This document shows positions 40,282 to 43,323 of a stretch of 43,323 nucleotides of DNA, piece by piece. Each line of letters opens with the position of its first letter. Positions within the stretch are counted from its first letter, which is position 1. The stretch is from NCBI GenBank assembly GCA_001275005.1, contig JWZX01003171.1, forward strand, positions 1 to 43,323. The letters are read 5' to 3'. This DNA is from Chrysochromulina tobinii. Lineage: Eukaryota. A model generated the notes under the pieces. The model was not told the DNA's origin. It saw only the letters and a list, made by a program, of their open reading frames with translations, and did not search any database. Position numbers and translations under genes: made by a program.

Positions 40282-40782
40282 ATGTCTCGCCGAGCCCGCG
40301 CTGCACCCAAGGCCAACGTCTCCGCCTCTGTCCGACTCGGCCTGACCTCGCTCGCCGAGGGCAACGAGGACGCCATTGCCTCGATGCTCTCGGTCGCCCC
40401 GACCGACGACCTGGTCGAGAAGATGATAGACTGCATGGGTGTGAATGGCCTCTCCGCCGAGATGCTGATCGCAAGTTACTTTGGGCAGAGCATGCTCGCA
40501 ACGTACTGCGTTCGGCGGCTCAACAAGAGCGACAAGGGCTCAGTGCCAGCGCTCGCCGAGCGGATCGCACGTGAGTGGGCCAAGCCGAGCTTTGAGCCGT
40601 TGTCCGCGCATGCAGGGCTCAAGAAGAGGTCGGCGGAGGCTGCTCCGGACGACGAGGAGGACGTAGCCGCGAAGCGCGTGAGCGCGCTCGAGGAGATCAA
40701 GACAAAACGCGCGAGGCAGGCCGAACAGGCTGCCGCACGGGTAGCGGCGACGGCGGCCAAGGCGGTCGCGAAGGAGGAGTAG
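40282..40782 (+). CDS. Small hypothetical protein with a basic, probably nuclear tail
   Basis: 166-aa ATG-initiated ORF with GC3-biased codons, divergent from the HET-LRR gene. Confidence 0.6.
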   Translation: MSRRARAAPKANVSASVRLGLTSLAEGNEDAIASMLSVAPTDDLVEKMIDCMGVNGLSAEMLIASYFGQSMLATYCVRRLNKSDKGSVPALAERIAREWAKPSFEPLSAHAGLKKRSAEAAPDDEEDVAAKRVSALEEIKTKRARQAEQAAARVAATAAKAVAKEE

Positions 40783-41177
40783 AAGGTACATGTCATGTAG
40801 GTCCAGGACTCTATAACATTCAAGTTGTTCAGCTAACATTCCAATGCGTCGTAGTTTCATAGATCGTTACCGCCTTCCAGCGACGCACACGTGGCGAGGG
40901 TGAGGCCTAGAGGAGCAGAGCGTGGTCAGCGCTAGTGAGGGGGAGTGTGTCTGAACTGATGAAAGTTCGCATCACGCAAAGGCACATCCGAGAGGCGGGG
41001 GTCGCTACCGATCGGCGCGGTCTCGGTTTACTATTCTTCTCTGCATCTAGCCCCCATCAAAGATTCGGTTTCGGAATCGAGCGGATAACTTTGGCATGCA
41101 TCGACAGATACGTTCAGATTACAAAAGTTCACCAGGGCCCGACGGGCTGTAAAGACCTCTGACCCGCCGCCGACTCC

Positions 41178-43323
41178 ATGCGGTACTCTGCGCCGTACAT
41201 GTACGACGCGCCCAATGCCTTCGCCGCGCAGCCCACGCATCTGCGCGGCATCGCACCGACGGTTTTGAAGCTGCAGCTCACGCCGCTCGGGCTTCCATTG
41301 CCGCACATCGCCGGACCTCCATCGCTCGGCGAGCCCGCGCTGCCACGAATCTTCAACACGTTTAACCCGTCGATCGCGCCGGCGCCGCACTCGCTTCGTC
41401 GACTTTGCCCTCGCTGCGCATACGTAGTGGCCTTGCGCGCCGAAGCGCTGCACCAGTGCAACGCCTCGTCGCCGCTATTGAAGCCGACCAGCAGAGGCAA
41501 GGCCATCGCAACGGGCGCCTACTTCAAGGGCACGGCGCTCGCCGTGCTTGACGCGTCGCTGGAAGTACTCGCATGGACGTGGATGCTGCCGCGGCCCGAG
41601 GATCAGGTCTCGATTGCGCACAACGGCAGCCGCTGGTTTGTGCCTCCGGGCGTGCACGACGGCTTCGCGACACCGCCGTGGGGCAAGCCCGCATACGATA
41701 CGAGGCTGCTCCTCTTGGATGGGGAGCACCTGTTCGCGACGACGAACTGCAAGGCGTGCACATTCATGGTCGCCAAGCTCGAGGTGACCGCCGAGCCGAC
41801 GGCGAGCCATGCATCCTCGCCCAGCATGCAAGCGCTCACCACGGCGGGCCCTGCGAGCCATGCATCCTCGCCCAGCATGCAAGCGCTCACCACGGCGGGC
41901 CCTGCGAGCCATGCATCCTCGCCCAGCATGCAAGCGCTCACCACGGCGGGCCCTGCGAGCCTCGCCCAGCATGCAAGCGCTCACCACGGCGGGCCCTGCG
42001 AGCCATGCCTCCTCGCCCAGCATGCAAGCGCTCACCACGGCGCCGTGTCCCTTTCCCACAGGTGACCGCCGAGCCGACGGCGAGCGGCACGCTCACGGCT
42101 CTGCGCGTGTGGGCGCCCTACCGTCTCCGTGGCTTTGAGAAATGGCTTCAGGGACGGAACCAAGCGCTCTTTGGCGGGCCGAGCGCGGCGCCGATGGAGC
42201 GGCACGAGGGGGAGGGGATGGCGGCGGAGGTAACGACGCCGTCGCCGGCCGGGGTCCGCACGGCACCGTCGGCGACGAAGGCGAGCGCGGTGGTCCGCGG
42301 ATCGCCTTCAGCGCTCCTGATTCAACCGTGGCTGGGGCTGGTGGCCTCGATGGGTGTTCCTCTGTTCCGACGGCAGTACCACGCCCAATGCTATCCGCAG
42401 CAGGCTCAATGGTGGGGCTCGACCACGGTAGAGGCGATGGCTGCCAAACTAGGCAAGGCGAGGGCGCACCGCCTGTGGGAAACGTCGACGTGTGGGCCGA
42501 CACCGATTGGAGCACCTCTGAACGCGACCGTCCTTGAGCCGCGCCGCTGGGCGCTCGAGCACGGCGTGGATGACACGGTGAGTGCGCGCCGCCTCGCCCG
42601 CCAGCTGCTCCGCGCGCACCGCGCGGAGCGCGCGGGCTGGCACAATGCGAGCGGCGCGCTGATCGGTCTTGCCAACTTGGGAAACCAGACAGTAAACCAG
42701 ACAGGGTGGGGGCCTAGCGCGTTCTCGTCCTCGTCTTCGTCCTCGTCCTCGTCGTCCTCTTCCTCGTCGGCGGTGGGCGAGGGGTCGATCGCGCGGGGTC
42801 CTCGAACGCTCGATAGGACGCTCAACGGCCATCCATTGCGCTTCGGAGAGATCGCACTGCTCTTCAACCACACGGGCCTCGAGCGACGGCGAAGGACCTT
42901 CGACGTTGGGGGCTCTCGTGTGTCTCCAACGGCCAATCTCGTTCTCATCTCGCGCCCTCGAGGCTCGGCCATGGGAGACGGCGGCGGCGAGGGCGGCGGC
43001 GAGGGCGGCGGCGAGGGCGGCGGCAGGGGCGGCGGCAGGGGCGGCGGCAGGGGCGGCGGCGAGTGCGAGGCGCTGCTCGGGATCGGGCACACGCACCGCG
43101 GCACCGGCCATCTTGAACGCCGAATGCTTCGTGCAGACGCGGCGCGTCGAGAAGACTATTCCGCAGGCCTCATCTCCGGCAATGGTCGTCATGCGATGCG
43201 GCGGCGCAAGGGTGGCGGCAAAGGCGGCGGCCAGGGCGGCGGCAAGGGCGGCGGCGGCGGCCTGGGCAGCGGCAAGGGCGGCGGCGGCGGCAAGGGGGGC
43301 GGCGGCGGCAATGGCGGGGGGGG
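41178..43323 (+). CDS. Hypothetical protein, 3'-incomplete; intron 41784-42061
   Basis: Exon 1 (FNPSIAPAP, YFKGTALAVLD, YDTRLL) splices KLE-VTAEP into a frame open to the window end (WLQGRNQALF, IQPWLG, ALLGIGHTHRG), which the ORF track misses. Confidence 0.7.
41784..42061 (+). other. Exon-echo GT-AG intron (278 nt) with five copies of a ~51-nt unit
   Basis: First 24 nt (GTGACCGCCGAGCCGACGGCGAGC) are identical to the next exon's start; unit GCGAGCCATGCATCCTCGCCCAGCATGCAAGCGCTCACCACGGCGGGCCCT; ends CTTTCCCACAG. Confidence 0.85.

Noticed and set aside
41802..42042. 51-nt repeats as a CRISPR array
   Set aside because: Units are directly tandem with no unique spacers, there are no cas genes, and the array lies inside a spliceosomal intron.
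1..43323. Autonomous transposase, reverse transcriptase, tRNA or rRNA genes
   Set aside because: No DDE, RT, integrase or structural-RNA signatures were recognised; any enzyme making the echo introns must be encoded elsewhere.

Overview
GC-rich, gene-dense eukaryotic DNA with short spliceosomal introns. The gene families and intronic satellites suggest a haptophyte alga such as Chrysochromulina (inference). About 17 protein-coding genes can be supported: a secreted protein with a C-terminal Hedgehog-type Hint domain, two HET-like + LRR genes, an EF-hand/3CxxC zinc-finger protein, a Cu-type P1B ATPase, a membrane-anchored amidohydrolase, a ZIP transporter, a 1491-aa PDZ-EF-hand-ADP-ribosyltransferase protein with a dynein-stalk-like tail, a UBA-like/DUF72 protein, a GNAT, a U-box-ankyrin protein, an EF-hand coiled-coil protein, a triple-YbjQ protein and several unknowns. 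The most striking signal is non-coding. Introns in five unrelated genes share an 'exon-echo' design: the intron starts with a 9-35 nt copy of the next exon's first bases, which supplies the GT donor. Most then run into a sense-oriented tandem satellite such as (CCTCTGATGR)n, and three end in a shared CCTCYYTCATCAG acceptor. Related duplication-plus-filler insertions also occur unspliced (in frame) and intergenically (a (GTCAA)4 foldback with a 9-bp duplication). Together these suggest an active intron-generating insertion process. A recurrent GTGTCG/GTTGTG-TTAAC-TTCAC motif marks gene 5' ends. All intron and domain calls are by eye, with no database search.
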